Program-made: the position numbers and the translations under genes | Assembly: GCA_963700985.1 (NCBI GenBank) | Contig: OY969554.1 | Span: 640,001 to 704,000 of the forward strand | DNA from: an uncultured Chlamydiales bacterium | GTDB lineage: Bacteria > Chlamydiota > Chlamydiia > Chlamydiales > Rhabdochlamydiaceae | DNA length: 64,000 bases | Direction: 5' to 3' | Shown here: one piece after another, positions 46,976 through 57,429 of the stretch | Numbering within the stretch: the first letter of the stretch is position 1 | Layout of the letters: the number at the start of each line of letters is the position of its first letter | The notes under the pieces: model-generated | Database searches by the model: none | Told to the model about the DNA's origin: nothing | Seen by the model: the letters and a program-made list of their open reading frames with translations, nothing else

Positions 46976-48847
46976 ATGTCTGGATCATCGACGCCACACT
47001 TCTCCTCGGATCCCTTCGATCTCGCAGGAGGTCAACCCTGGCTAGAGCCTGCGCATTTTAGTAAATCTTTAAGCTCAGCTTTAAATCATCCCAAAAATGC
47101 TGCTCGTGCATCCGAACTCTTTACCTATTCGGAAGAGCCCGATTTTCACGATCCCTTTTCTGAGCTCAACCTCTTTCTCGCGCAAAAAATAAGACAAGCC
47201 ATGCCAAGTTGCGGCGAGAGCAAAAAATGGTCTCACAAAATCCAAGAGACGCTACTGAAAAAGATCTCACCTGAATTCCAAAAACGCTTTCCTCACTACC
47301 GCTTAGGCGTAAGCGCTATTAAGAAAATCTGGGAAAAAATCACTTATTACTCTCAGCAGTTTCAAGAGCAAAAAGAGGCTATCCATCATGACGGCAAGCT
47401 GAATATCACATTCTTTATCAGAGAGAATTTAAAACAGTACGCCTCTATGAGACAACCCGCACACGTGCATCCATATCACTGGGCGAACAAACTCGCTATT
47501 AAAATGAGTGAATGCATCGCCACTTTAGAAGGTGTTCGCCCGAGAATCGACGAGCTGACTAAACAGGTCTGGGCAGCCCAAAGACATCTCATTTGCAAAG
47601 CTAAGCCCGAAGAGATTAAAAGTCCTTATGATGAGTATGACAGAATTGATAAGCTGATTGTAAAAACGGTGCTGGAAATCCGCGCCAAAGAGCCGCAGAT
47701 TGCTCAGCCTGAACTTGCGCATCTTGTTAAAGAAGCCCTGCATGCACTGCACGAGCTACCTGCGTTTTCTTCAGTAGATGCGATGACTGCTACGATTTCG
47801 AGCCTCTTAGCCGAAAAATTATACGCGACATCTGCCTTTCACACCTGCTTTCTAGCTCCACAAAAGGTGGCGATTACGCAGTTCATTCGCAGGCAGATTG
47901 CGCTTTGCCGAGCAGCCTATCCCTCACAACAGCATACTGAGCTCGTACGCCGCATCCTTGCCCTTTATGCTCTGGCAAGCCAAGTGTTAAAAGATCTTTC
48001 TGCCCAGCAAATTCATGCAGCCATAGAAGCTACCTATCCGTTTGAACAGAGTAAGCGTCCTGAGCTGCCTCAAGCTGTCTATGCTTTTATAGCTGCAGAA
48101 AGCGTTCTTATGAAAACAGATGCGTACTGCCACTGCCCCGCTTTTGTCTGTGAAACAATTGCAAGCGCCTATCAAGAAGCAGTTCAGCTTCCCTGCCTAA
48201 ACGGCAAAGAGAGTGAGCTTCTCGAAGTGGTTATCTGGAAAATCCTAGGTGAAACGGAGGCTACTCTTGAAAAACTGCCCTTTCGCATTGGGCAGCGCAT
48301 CGAAGAAGAGATCGCCAACATTCTAATTGATAATCCTAAGCAAGCCTTCAGCGCAATTGTATATGCCACAGTACATTTCTTCAAAAATACTAAAGAGCTC
48401 TCGCTGATCAAGAAATGGGAAGCACTCGAAAAAAAGATCCAAATTTGGACACACCAAGGCGATATGGCTCTGCACTGGATCCAGCTCGACTCAAACACGC
48501 CTCTGTTTAAATTAATCTGTGAAAAAGGCCAAAGTCATTCTCCAGAAGTGCTCGTAAGCGAGGTAGCACAAATCTATTTGAACACGCATCCAGAGCTGGC
48601 TGCTTATCTTCCACAACTCATCATCAAAATCTGGATTTTATATAAGTATGCCTTCTACACGCATTTTGCATCTTCAGATGGCTGCTCTTATGACACCTTT
48701 CTCAAATGGCACTATACCTATCTAGCTATCTCACCTTTTAGCCAGGATGCAAAGCTAGATCGACTGCAGGAACTTTCGCATAAACTTGCACCGCTCTTTC
48801 CCTTCGATAGAACGCATGCGCAAAGACTACTTGGTTCTGCGAATTAA
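46976..48847 (+). CDS. Hypothetical helical protein (623 aa)
   Basis: Long ORF filling the gap; Ser/Pro-rich N-terminus; no recognised motif. Confidence 0.75.
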   Translation: MSGSSTPHFSSDPFDLAGGQPWLEPAHFSKSLSSALNHPKNAARASELFTYSEEPDFHDPFSELNLFLAQKIRQAMPSCGESKKWSHKIQETLLKKISPEFQKRFPHYRLGVSAIKKIWEKITYYSQQFQEQKEAIHHDGKLNITFFIRENLKQYASMRQPAHVHPYHWANKLAIKMSECIATLEGVRPRIDELTKQVWAAQRHLICKAKPEEIKSPYDEYDRIDKLIVKTVLEIRAKEPQIAQPELAHLVKEALHALHELPAFSSVDAMTATISSLLAEKLYATSAFHTCFLAPQKVAITQFIRRQIALCRAAYPSQQHTELVRRILALYALASQVLKDLSAQQIHAAIEATYPFEQSKRPELPQAVYAFIAAESVLMKTDAYCHCPAFVCETIASAYQEAVQLPCLNGKESELLEVVIWKILGETEATLEKLPFRIGQRIEEEIANILIDNPKQAFSAIVYATVHFFKNTKELSLIKKWEALEKKIQIWTHQGDMALHWIQLDSNTPLFKLICEKGQSHSPEVLVSEVAQIYLNTHPELAAYLPQLIIKIWILYKYAFYTHFASSDGCSYDTFLKWHYTYLAISPFSQDAKLDRLQELSHKLAPLFPFDRTHAQRLLGSAN

Positions 48848-49654
48848 AAGATAAATTCCCCAGAAGACAAAGGGAATGCTGAGAAGCTGACCCATCACCA
48901 GAAAAGAGCTTTGTGGAAGAATCAAGCTCTGCTCTTCTTTCAAAAACTCGATAAAGAAGCGGAACGTAAAGATGAGCACTAAAAAGAGGCCAGAGATTCT
49001 ACCTGGTTTGCGCCAGCTGGGCCATTTGCGCCAGATTGAGAAAATCAGCACAAATACGCATAGATAATAAAAAGATTCATAGAGCTGCACAGGATGACGT
49101 GGTGCTGGAAAGCTTCCGTCGGCCGGATGACCGAAGATCACCGCCCACGGTAAATTTGTGACCTTTCCTAAAATCTCCTGATTGAAAAAATTACCCACTC
49201 GAATAAAGCTGGCCACCAGCGCAGTGGGGATCACCACCAAATCTAGCAGAGCAAGCCAAGAAAGGGTCGGCAGCCCCTTTTTAGGACGTTTCGAGAGAAT
49301 AAATAGAGCGATTAAAATCCCAAGTGCACCGCCATGGCTAGCCAGCCCGCCTTCCCAAACTTTAAATGCGGAGAGCGGATCATAGCGATAGACCGACAAA
49401 TCTTGATAGAAAAGCAGGTCGCCCAAGCGGGCTCCAATCACCGTGCCAAATACCACAAAGATGGTGATGCGGTCTGCGAGTGTTTTTGCTTTGGTTGAAT
49501 CAGAAAATAATTTTTTAAGTAGATAGAGAAGAATCCAGTAACCAACAAAAAAACCTAAGGCAAAAAAGAAGCCATACCAGAGAATAGGTCTTCCTAGAAA
49601 TGGAAGGGAAAAGTCAAACATCGCTCTGGAAGGATCCCAGTATATATAGCCCAT
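48827..49654 (-). CDS. lgt: Prolipoprotein diacylglyceryl transferase
   Basis: WYG, GARLG, WEGGLASHGG, RVGNFFNQE, HPVQLYE, RFFIEF. Confidence 0.97.
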   Translation of the reverse strand: MGYIYWDPSRAMFDFSLPFLGRPILWYGFFFALGFFVGYWILLYLLKKLFSDSTKAKTLADRITIFVVFGTVIGARLGDLLFYQDLSVYRYDPLSAFKVWEGGLASHGGALGILIALFILSKRPKKGLPTLSWLALLDLVVIPTALVASFIRVGNFFNQEILGKVTNLPWAVIFGHPADGSFPAPRHPVQLYESFYYLCVFVLIFSIWRKWPSWRKPGRISGLFLVLIFTFRFFIEFLKEEQSLILPQSSFLVMGQLLSIPFVFWGIYLLIRRTK

Positions 49655-49681
49655 AGAAATATTCTCCGTAGGAACACATTA

Positions 49682-50107
49682 ATGTATCGCATCAAAATTT
49701 TCACCATCGGAAAAACAAAAGAAAGCTGGCTTGAAGAAGCTCTTAAAGAATACACCCTGCGTTTAAAAAACACGCTTGGCATTGAATGGGTATTAGCCAA
49801 AGATTTAGAAAGCCTGGAGCGCCTGCTCGAAAAAGAGAACAGTTTGATCTGCCTAGATCCCCAAGGCGAACTTCTGAGCAGCGAAGCCTTTTCTAAATGG
49901 TTTATTCACTGCTTATCAGAAAATAAAAGCCGCCTAACTCTCGTGATAGGTGGCGCAGAAGGAATCCCTGCGCATATTAACTCAAGAGCCAAGGCCAAGA
50001 TCAGCCTCTCCCCTCTCACTTTCACGCATCAGCTAGCTAGGCTTATTCTTTTAGAACAGATCTACCGCGCCTTTGAAATCGACCGCGGCAGTCCCTACCA
50101 TCGCTAA
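49682..50107 (+). CDS. rlmH: 23S rRNA pseudouridine-1915 N3-methyltransferase
   Basis: LDPQG..LSSE.F, IGGAEG, SLSPLTFTHQ, EQIYRA, PYHR. Confidence 0.96.
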   Translation: MYRIKIFTIGKTKESWLEEALKEYTLRLKNTLGIEWVLAKDLESLERLLEKENSLICLDPQGELLSSEAFSKWFIHCLSENKSRLTLVIGGAEGIPAHINSRAKAKISLSPLTFTHQLARLILLEQIYRAFEIDRGSPYHR

Positions 50108-50118
50108 AGTCAAAAAAT

Positions 50119-50604
50119 TCAGGCATTCTTTTTAGCGAGAAGAGCGAATCTAAAGTAGATCATTGCACCATTGATCAATGCAGAACCAATTGCTACATCG
50201 ATCAGCCCATGGATATCCACTGGCAGTTTTAGCAAACGAATCAAGATACCAAGCCCCATCATCGAGCCGATAATCGCAATATAGCCCCATGAATAGATCT
50301 GGTTGATTTTAAGTGGAAGCGGCAGCGAGTAGATGCGTGTAACCACTCTTTTCACAGATTTAATCAGCACCAATCTGCCTTTAAGTAATCCAATTACGAG
50401 CGCTACTGTGATGAGTGAAAGAGCAGCACGCTCTGTTCCACCCAACATGGATGAGAAGTAGGGCACGAGAGTGGAGTTTACGCCGAAATGTTCAGCATGC
50501 ACTGCTAACATAACCAGATTGAGACCTTTGATTAATAGAAACAGGCCGATGATCAGCCATAAAACACCAGACATAACAACAGCAATTGCAGGAGTAAAGT
50601 TCAT
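50119..50604 (-). CDS. Hypothetical membrane protein
   Basis: Four hydrophobic segments; KGRLVL, IDVAIGSAL. Confidence 0.75.
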   Translation of the reverse strand: MNFTPAIAVVMSGVLWLIIGLFLLIKGLNLVMLAVHAEHFGVNSTLVPYFSSMLGGTERAALSLITVALVIGLLKGRLVLIKSVKRVVTRIYSLPLPLKINQIYSWGYIAIIGSMMGLGILIRLLKLPVDIHGLIDVAIGSALINGAMIYFRFALLAKKNA

Positions 50605-50719
50605 ATTGATCTATCCTTGGATGTATCCTTTCGACAAAAAAGATTTTTGTATCTAGAATCAGCATATCTTAGCCTAGATTTGTAATACAATATTAACCAG
50701 GTTTCTAAAGGACAAAAAA

Positions 50720-51790
50720 ATGAATATTTCTCTCGCCTTTATGCGGATCCTTTTTATGATCCTCAGTATTTTTTTCATGACCACCTTTATGCTCTCATCC
50801 GCGGTTGGAACTCCCACAATAAATGCACTTATAGGTGTGTCGATCGGCATTTTATTCGGCTTTGCCCTCATCGGATTTGATAATCTTTTTAGACGCTTTA
50901 ATCTACGCGCTTTCAATGTGGCCATCATTGGAATCTTCATCGGCTATCTCATGGGCCAAGCGCTTGTGCTTATTTTTGATGCGGTGCTCGACATCAGTTC
51001 AATCTCAATCGCCATGCAGCCGCAGACACTTGAAATTATTAAGATTGCGCTTTTTCTCTTCGGCACATATCTCGGTGCCATCATGACCCTGCGCGCATCT
51101 GATGAACTTTATGTCAGCATCCCGTTTGTAAAATTCGCACCCACTGTGCAGAAGAAAAAAGATCTCTTAATCGACCAGTCGATCCTTTTAGATGCACGAG
51201 TTATTGATGTCTGTGCAACTGGCATCTTCGATCATCAATTGGTTTTCCCGCGCTTCATCATTAAAGAACTCTATGCGCAATCGGAAACTGGCGATGAGAT
51301 TACCAAAGTTAAAGCCAGGCGCGCGCTGGATGTGCTCAAAAAACTCGAAGGCATCCCGACACTTGAAATGCGCTACAACGACACAGATTTCCCAGAAGTA
51401 AAAGAGCTCTCAGGAAAACTTGTACGCTTAGCCCGCCTTCTCGACGCGAATATTCTTTCCGCAGATCCAACCCGTATCCAAGTCGGCACTCTCGATGGCG
51501 TGCGCGTGATTAACCTACACACGCTTTCTAATGCCTTAAAACCCTTGATGCAAGCTGGCGAGTTTATCAAAATTAAGATTCAACGCTATGGCAAAGAACC
51601 ACAACAAGGTGTCGGCTATCTCGAAGATGGCACCATGGTAGTGGTAAATGGCGGCGGAAAATATCTAGGTGAGATTATCGAAGCGCGTGTCCTTTCCGTC
51701 AAACATACTACGGCCGGCAGGATGATCTTCTGTAATGCCATGGATCTAGAAGGCGGGCTTGAATATGAAGGAGAACCTGAAGATGAGTAA
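50720..51790 (+). CDS. Membrane-anchored PIN/TRAM domain protein (YacL-like)
   Basis: N-terminal TMs, IDQSILLDAR, GKEPQQGVGYLEDGTMVVV, TTAGRMIF. Confidence 0.9.
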   Translation: MNISLAFMRILFMILSIFFMTTFMLSSAVGTPTINALIGVSIGILFGFALIGFDNLFRRFNLRAFNVAIIGIFIGYLMGQALVLIFDAVLDISSISIAMQPQTLEIIKIALFLFGTYLGAIMTLRASDELYVSIPFVKFAPTVQKKKDLLIDQSILLDARVIDVCATGIFDHQLVFPRFIIKELYAQSETGDEITKVKARRALDVLKKLEGIPTLEMRYNDTDFPEVKELSGKLVRLARLLDANILSADPTRIQVGTLDGVRVINLHTLSNALKPLMQAGEFIKIKIQRYGKEPQQGVGYLEDGTMVVVNGGGKYLGEIIEARVLSVKHTTAGRMIFCNAMDLEGGLEYEGEPEDE

Positions 51791-52163
51791 CGCTTCAATC
51801 CGCGGGCTTGGCAACGATATCATTGAAATCGAGCGCATCCGTGACAGCATTAAGCAACACGGAGATCGCTTCATAGAGAGACTTTTCACATCCAAAGAAC
51901 AGTCTTATGCACAAAAGCATGAAGATTCTGTCAGCCACTTCGCTGGTCGCTTTGCTGCCAAAGAAGCCATCGCTAAAGCATTCGGCACGGGCTTTGGCGA
52001 ACATCTGTCATGGAAAGATATTGAAATCCTCAACGACGATAAAGGCAGACCACATGTCACTTTCTCTGAGCGCTTAAAATCTTCCTTTAATAATCCTGAA
52101 GTTCTTCTCTCGATCAGCCATTGCAAGCACTACGCCAGCGCTGTAGCCATCTGGACCAACTAA
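51783..52163 (+). CDS. acpS: Holo-ACP synthase
   Basis: GLGNDIIEIERI, AGRFAAKEA, SISH. Confidence 0.96.
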   Translation: MSNASIRGLGNDIIEIERIRDSIKQHGDRFIERLFTSKEQSYAQKHEDSVSHFAGRFAAKEAIAKAFGTGFGEHLSWKDIEILNDDKGRPHVTFSERLKSSFNNPEVLLSISHCKHYASAVAIWTN

Positions 52164-52205
52164 AAAAAATCCTTACAGAGATCGCCTGACTGAAGAGATA
52201 AAAGT

Positions 52206-52312
52206 AACAGGATATATAGGATCAGGCAGGATCAGGCAGGATATGAAGGATAGAAGAAATATCTTGCGTATCCTGCCGCTTTGCGATCCTGCATATCCTG
52301 TAAATGATTTAC
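52206..52312. repeat. CAGGAT/ATCCTG palindromic intergenic repeat, copy 2
   Basis: Longer variant of 927-998 with extra CAGGATCAGG unit and extra ATCCTG arm. Confidence 0.85.
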
Positions 52313-52353
52313 CAATAAGGCCCGGCTCTATCGACACCGTTTAAAAAATCTGC

Positions 52354-52713
52354 TTATTTTTCCCAGATGATGTGGCCCGTGTGACGGCTCACGCAGCTAA
52401 GATAGCTCTTAAAACCTGAGCGAGCTTTGGAAAAGATGAAGATGTAATTATCGCGCACTTGCCAGGAGATGATCTTGGCATGAAACTTAGCATCCCATAA
52501 GCGAGCGCCGTAATAGTCATATGCCGTTACATGATCGCTTGAGTCAAAACTGGAAACAATGTAAACCGTGTCGCTGGAAACATGCATGCGATCTTGTTTG
52601 AGATCAAAATCGGCAAACTCGGCCGGCATTGTGTTGGGTATTCTGTTATCACTGGAAGCCATAGCTAAGGCTGCACAGCTCAGAAAAAGACACACGAAGT
52701 ATTTGGTTCTCAT
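52354..52713 (-). CDS. Small exported hypothetical protein with PQQ-like beta-propeller blades
   Basis: Signal peptide; VTAYDYYGARLW and CVSRHTGHIIWE blade-like motifs. Confidence 0.65.
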   Translation of the reverse strand: MRTKYFVCLFLSCAALAMASSDNRIPNTMPAEFADFDLKQDRMHVSSDTVYIVSSFDSSDHVTAYDYYGARLWDAKFHAKIISWQVRDNYIFIFSKARSGFKSYLSCVSRHTGHIIWEK

Positions 52714-52724
52714 AAATCCCCACG

Positions 52725-53543
52725 TTAGAAAAACGAAAAGGGCAGATGATACCAGATTGTGAAATAATTACTACGTTCTGGATAAGCATGCGCAAATACG
52801 CGATGGGCATACTCGAATGTAAGCTTTCCCCAGACTAGGAAATGGCGTGCGTAAGCGACGCCCACATCTACAGACTGGTGATGAATTGAGGCATAGCCAT
52901 GAAAGTGCGGCACATTCACGTGATTTTTATGACCGTAGCCAAAATCTCCACGTGTGAAGAGATGGAATTGATGCTTGTCGTTGTAATTGGTTTCGATCGC
53001 AGCAAAAAAGCGATTCCAGGGCGCTCCATGGTTGGCAATCCCCACCGTACCAAAAGCGTAGCTGCGCACATTCCAATATGGTCCCCGGCTCCACTCCTTG
53101 CCCAAACTTAAATTTAATTCAAAATTCGCCTCAGCAGGATACGGACAACTAATATCCCTTAAACTACTGTGATGCACGCCGCGGATGCTTACACCGGTGG
53201 TCAGACTGATAGGATCACCGATGATATCATCTAGCCAAAGATAGCGAGCTTGAATCGCCACGCTGCGCAGATTCCAAGATTGGCGTGTGGTGTCAGAGAC
53301 TTCTGCTTCGATCGCCATATCCAAAGAGTCTGTGGGTGTAAATCCTAATCCAGCGATGAACTGGTTGTCATTCGAAGAGTGCTTTGTGCCTGGCTCTCCG
53401 TTTGCGACATGTCGATAATAGCTAAAGGTATATTCAGCATCGAAAAAAAACTCATAGACATTCCCCAGCCATGGCTTCTTAGGAAGCGCAGATAGCAATT
53501 GAGGAATGCAAAAGAAAATGGCAAGCAGACTCTTTTTAATCAA
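52725..53543 (-). CDS. Predicted outer-membrane beta-barrel protein
   Basis: Signal peptide, aromatic-rich strands, C-terminal YHLPFSFF. Confidence 0.75.
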   Translation of the reverse strand: MIKKSLLAIFFCIPQLLSALPKKPWLGNVYEFFFDAEYTFSYYRHVANGEPGTKHSSNDNQFIAGLGFTPTDSLDMAIEAEVSDTTRQSWNLRSVAIQARYLWLDDIIGDPISLTTGVSIRGVHHSSLRDISCPYPAEANFELNLSLGKEWSRGPYWNVRSYAFGTVGIANHGAPWNRFFAAIETNYNDKHQFHLFTRGDFGYGHKNHVNVPHFHGYASIHHQSVDVGVAYARHFLVWGKLTFEYAHRVFAHAYPERSNYFTIWYHLPFSFF

Positions 53544-54493
53544 TCGATGAGACCCTTCGATGAAAGCCAGCGCTCTGCGTCCAGGGCCGCCATGCAGCCA
53601 GATCCAGCCGCAGAAATGGCTTGTCTATATACAGGATCTTGCACATCTCCTGCTGCGAACACGCCTTCGATATTTGTGTTCGTACAGCCAGCTACAACTT
53701 TGATATACCCCTTCTCATTCAAGCCAACTTGACCGCCTAAAAATTTGGTGTTTGGCTCATGGCCAATGGCAAAAAAGACGCCACCTGCCACGCGCTTGGT
53801 CTCTTGATTTGTCTTAATATCTTTTAGAACAACTGCACGCACTACGCTATCTCCCTCAACACGCACAAGTTCGCTATTCCAGATGATTTCAACTTTTGGG
53901 TTACGCAGCGCCCGTTCAATCATAATCTTAGAGGCGCGCAAATGATCTCTTCGGTGGACGATATACACTTTGCAGCCAAATTTCGTTAAGAAAACAGCCT
54001 CTTCGACTGCGCTATCGCCGCCCCCAATTACATAGAGCTCTTTATCGCGGAAAATCGGCATGGCGCCATCGCATACGGCACAGGCAGTAACACCCTTTTG
54101 CCAAAACTCACCCTCTTTTGAACCAGGTACATCGAGGCGCTTAGCAGTGGCACCGGTAGCAATGATAATAGATTCTGTTTGAACAGTAGTAGGGCTGCCT
54201 TTCACTACAAAGGGACGATTTGAAAGCTCAATGCTAAGCACATCTTCTGTCAAGATCGTGGTGCCAAAGCGCTCTGCTTGACGACGGAACCTATCCATTA
54301 GCTCAGGCCCAGTAATTCCCTCTGGAAAGCCCGGATAGTTCTCTACTTCCGTGGTAGTCATGAGCTGTCCACCAGGCACACCGGCATAAAAGCCCTCATA
54401 AACGAGAGGGAATAAATTCGCGCGAGCCGCGTAAATTGCCGCGGTGTAGGCAGCCGGTCCAGACCCAATAATTACTACTTTTCTTTTATCCAT
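53540..54493 (-). CDS. trxB: Thioredoxin reductase
   Basis: [34 protein letters not shown]. Confidence 0.98.
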   Translation of the reverse strand: MDKRKVVIIGSGPAAYTAAIYAARANLFPLVYEGFYAGVPGGQLMTTTEVENYPGFPEGITGPELMDRFRRQAERFGTTILTEDVLSIELSNRPFVVKGSPTTVQTESIIIATGATAKRLDVPGSKEGEFWQKGVTACAVCDGAMPIFRDKELYVIGGGDSAVEEAVFLTKFGCKVYIVHRRDHLRASKIMIERALRNPKVEIIWNSELVRVEGDSVVRAVVLKDIKTNQETKRVAGGVFFAIGHEPNTKFLGGQVGLNEKGYIKVVAGCTNTNIEGVFAAGDVQDPVYRQAISAAGSGCMAALDAERWLSSKGLID

Positions 54494-54516
54494 CTTTTTT
54501 CCAACTTAAGTCTTAA

Positions 54517-54581
54517 GAGGCTGTTGTAAAACTTCAATTCGGGTCCAAATTGGACTCCACAGCAAGTTCTGCAACTGGCTC
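54517..54581. mobile_element. 65-bp MITE-like element with imperfect terminal inverted repeats
   Basis: GAGGCTGTTGTAAAACT / AGTTCTGCAACTGGCTC (13/17 complementary); inner GTCCAA-a-TTGGAC hairpin. Confidence 0.5.
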
Positions 54582-54683
54582 ATGAGTGAATTTTTTACAC
54601 AGAAAAGCATATTTCGACTAGCGAAATCAAGTCGAGAGGCGTAAAATGAGTTTTCTACGCACCGACTTTGGCCAAAAGGACCT

Positions 54684-55775
54684 ATGAGAAGCATAAAGCT
54701 TGAGAACTTAAAAAAGACGATCAACGGCGGCCTCATCATCGATGGGATCGACCTCACCATACCCGCTGGAAAGTTTTTTGCACTGCTTGGACCAAGCGGC
54801 TGCGGGAAAACCACGCTGCTGCGTCTGATTGCAGGACTCGAAACAGCAGATTCTGGTGCAATCTACCTCGGCTCTCAAGATATCACGCATCTGCCTATTC
54901 ACGAGCGCCCGATTAACATCGTGTTTCAAAACTATGCGCTTTTCCCGCATCTGAATGTATTTGAAAATGTGGCTTATAGCCTGAAACTTAAAAAATTGCC
55001 GAAAGCTGAAATTGAGCAGAAAGTCTTCAAAATCCTCGAGGCTTTCCATCTTGAAAACCACATCTACAAGCTCACCAGTCAACTCTCTGGCGGACAGCAG
55101 CAGCGCGTGGCGCTTGCGCGCGCCATTGTAAATGAACCCGATGTACTTCTGCTCGATGAGCCTCTTGCCGCGCTAGATTTTAAACTTCGCGAGCGCATGC
55201 TGATCGAACTAATCGAGCTGCAAGACAAACTCAAAACGACCTTCGTCTATGTGACGCATGATCAGTTCGAAGCGCTAACTGTGGCAGATCAGATGGCAAT
55301 TATGAATCACAATGGTGTCATTGAACAGATCGGCAAACCAAAAGAGATCTACGAATTTCCGGTTAGCTCATTTGTTGCCAAATTTGTCGGCACAACGAAT
55401 ATCCTCAGCGGCAAGCTTAAAAACCTAGATCACGAACCAGAGATTGAGATCCCTGATCTCGGCCGCTTCAAAATCACCATCCCACAACGTAAAGAGTGGA
55501 TGCATGAAAATTGCGATATTCTGTTGAGCTTGCGCCCAGAAAAGATCTTCATCTCTAAAAATGAAGTTAAAAACTTCTCTAACAGCGTTAAAGGCATCGT
55601 GCAATCGATCGTCTACCACGGCCGCTCTACGCAATACAATGTGCTGCTCAAAAACCATCTTCGCTTGCAAGTCTTCGAACAGAATGAAGAACACTTCCCC
55701 CAGGAAGTAATCGATTATGACAACGAAGTGACGCTCTATTGGCAAAAAGAGAACGTGGTTATCTTAGAAAAATGA
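54684..55775 (+). CDS. potA: Spermidine/putrescine ABC transporter ATPase
   Basis: GPSGCGKT, VFQNYALFPH, LSGGQQQR, LLDEP, TOBE tail. Confidence 0.93.
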   Translation: MRSIKLENLKKTINGGLIIDGIDLTIPAGKFFALLGPSGCGKTTLLRLIAGLETADSGAIYLGSQDITHLPIHERPINIVFQNYALFPHLNVFENVAYSLKLKKLPKAEIEQKVFKILEAFHLENHIYKLTSQLSGGQQQRVALARAIVNEPDVLLLDEPLAALDFKLRERMLIELIELQDKLKTTFVYVTHDQFEALTVADQMAIMNHNGVIEQIGKPKEIYEFPVSSFVAKFVGTTNILSGKLKNLDHEPEIEIPDLGRFKITIPQRKEWMHENCDILLSLRPEKIFISKNEVKNFSNSVKGIVQSIVYHGRSTQYNVLLKNHLRLQVFEQNEEHFPQEVIDYDNEVTLYWQKENVVILEK

Positions 55776-56650
55776 AAATTAAATTCCTGCCCAAGCCACC
55801 TACTTCTGAAGCGCCATTTGCATTTGGTATGCCTGCTTTGATCTGGCAGATCCTCTTTTTCTATCTGCCGATTTTCTTGATCGTGATCTCAAGCTTTTTG
55901 CAGTTTTCAACCAGCGGACAGATCGAAGGTCTAACATTAGAAAAGCTACTCCCCTTCTTTTCGCCCACCTATCTGCGCGTAATTGGCTATTCACTTCTGC
56001 TAGCATTAAGCAACGCCCTACTCTGCTTACTCATTGGCTATCCTTTGGCACATTTTCTGGCCTTCCGAGGTAAGAAATATAAAAATCTCTTCCTCTTTCT
56101 GCTCATCGTTCCTTTCTGGACCAACTTTTTACTGCATGTGTACGCCTGGTTTTTTGTACTCGAACGCGAAGGCTTTCTCAATTGCCTATTGATGAAGTTA
56201 GGCATCATTCAAGAACCCTTGCATATGCTCAACTCGGTCTTTGCCATTATGGTGATGATGGTCTACTACTACCTCCCCTTCATGATTCTGCCGATCTACT
56301 CCTCTTTAGAACGCTTTGACTATCGACTGATCGAAGCCTCTTTTGATCTAGGCGCCAGCTGGCTACAAACATTTAGACGGATTATGCTACCACTGAGCCT
56401 TCGCGGCATCCGGGCGGGCTTCTTTCTGGTTTTTATCCCCTCATTTGGTGAATTTGCAATCCCAGAGCTTATGGGCGGAGATAAGCTAATGTTTGTAGGT
56501 AGCGTGGTATCGCATTATATTCTAGGTGAAGACACTGGTGAACTGGGAGCTGCCTTCATGGTGGTGGCGAGTCTTTTTCTGGTCATTTCTGCTGGCTGCC
56601 TCTATCTACTTATCAACCGTCTATTCATGCCGAGGTCACGACATGCATAG
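55772..56650 (+). CDS. potB: Spermidine/putrescine ABC permease
   Basis: GYPLA, PFWTN, YLPFMILPIY, EASFDLGA. Confidence 0.92.
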   Translation: MKIKFLPKPPTSEAPFAFGMPALIWQILFFYLPIFLIVISSFLQFSTSGQIEGLTLEKLLPFFSPTYLRVIGYSLLLALSNALLCLLIGYPLAHFLAFRGKKYKNLFLFLLIVPFWTNFLLHVYAWFFVLEREGFLNCLLMKLGIIQEPLHMLNSVFAIMVMMVYYYLPFMILPIYSSLERFDYRLIEASFDLGASWLQTFRRIMLPLSLRGIRAGFFLVFIPSFGEFAIPELMGGDKLMFVGSVVSHYILGEDTGELGAAFMVVASLFLVISAGCLYLLINRLFMPRSRHA

Positions 56651-57428
56651 CACAAAACGCTTAGGAAAAATTGGCAGTCTGATCGGTGTTGCCGCCATCT
56701 ACCTCTTTTTATATGTGCCAATACTCGTGCTGCTGGTTTTCTCTTTCAACAGCGAAGGCTTTCCCTCGCCCTGGAAAAGCTTTACACTTAAATGGTATGT
56801 CGAACTCTTCGAGTCGGTCTATCTCTGGAAAGCATTTGGCAACTCGCTCATCGTGGCCGTCTTTTCGACCATGATTAGCTTAGCGATCGGCGTTTTATTA
56901 ATTTTTTATGCAGCTCAAGGCGGACGCGTCGGCAAATACCTCGCGCTCTTTTATGGAAATCTGATCATCCCTGAAACCGTGCTGGCAGTGAGCTTGCTTA
57001 CCTTCTTCACGATGATCTCTGTCCCCTTAGGGCTTACCACACTGATTGTCGCACACACTGTGCTCGGACTGGGCTTTGTCATTCCCATCGTGTATGCGCG
57101 CTTTCTTGAACTCGATTACAACTTAACGGAAGCTTCACTCGTCTTAGGAGCCTCACCTATTCAGACCTTCTTCAAGGTCACGCTTCCTCTGCTTACGCCT
57201 TCACTCATCGCAACCGCACTGCTTGTTTTCATCATCTCATTCGATGATTTCATCCTCTCCTACTTCACCGCGGGCAGCTCTTCGCAAACACTCTCACTCT
57301 ACATTCTCTCCATGCTGCGCTCGGGTGTTTCCCCTGTGGTTAATGCTCTTTCTGCACTGCTGCTCTTTTTAAGCAGTTTGCTGGTGCTTCTCTTCTTCTC
57401 TTTAAAAACCCGCATACGGTTCTTCTAA
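56643..57428 (+). CDS. potC: Spermidine/putrescine ABC permease
   Basis: FLYVPI..FSFN, FTLKWY, EASLVLGA, SFDDF. Confidence 0.92.
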   Translation: MHSTKRLGKIGSLIGVAAIYLFLYVPILVLLVFSFNSEGFPSPWKSFTLKWYVELFESVYLWKAFGNSLIVAVFSTMISLAIGVLLIFYAAQGGRVGKYLALFYGNLIIPETVLAVSLLTFFTMISVPLGLTTLIVAHTVLGLGFVIPIVYARFLELDYNLTEASLVLGASPIQTFFKVTLPLLTPSLIATALLVFIISFDDFILSYFTAGSSSQTLSLYILSMLRSGVSPVVNALSALLLFLSSLLVLLFFSLKTRIRFF

Positions 57429-57429
57429 T

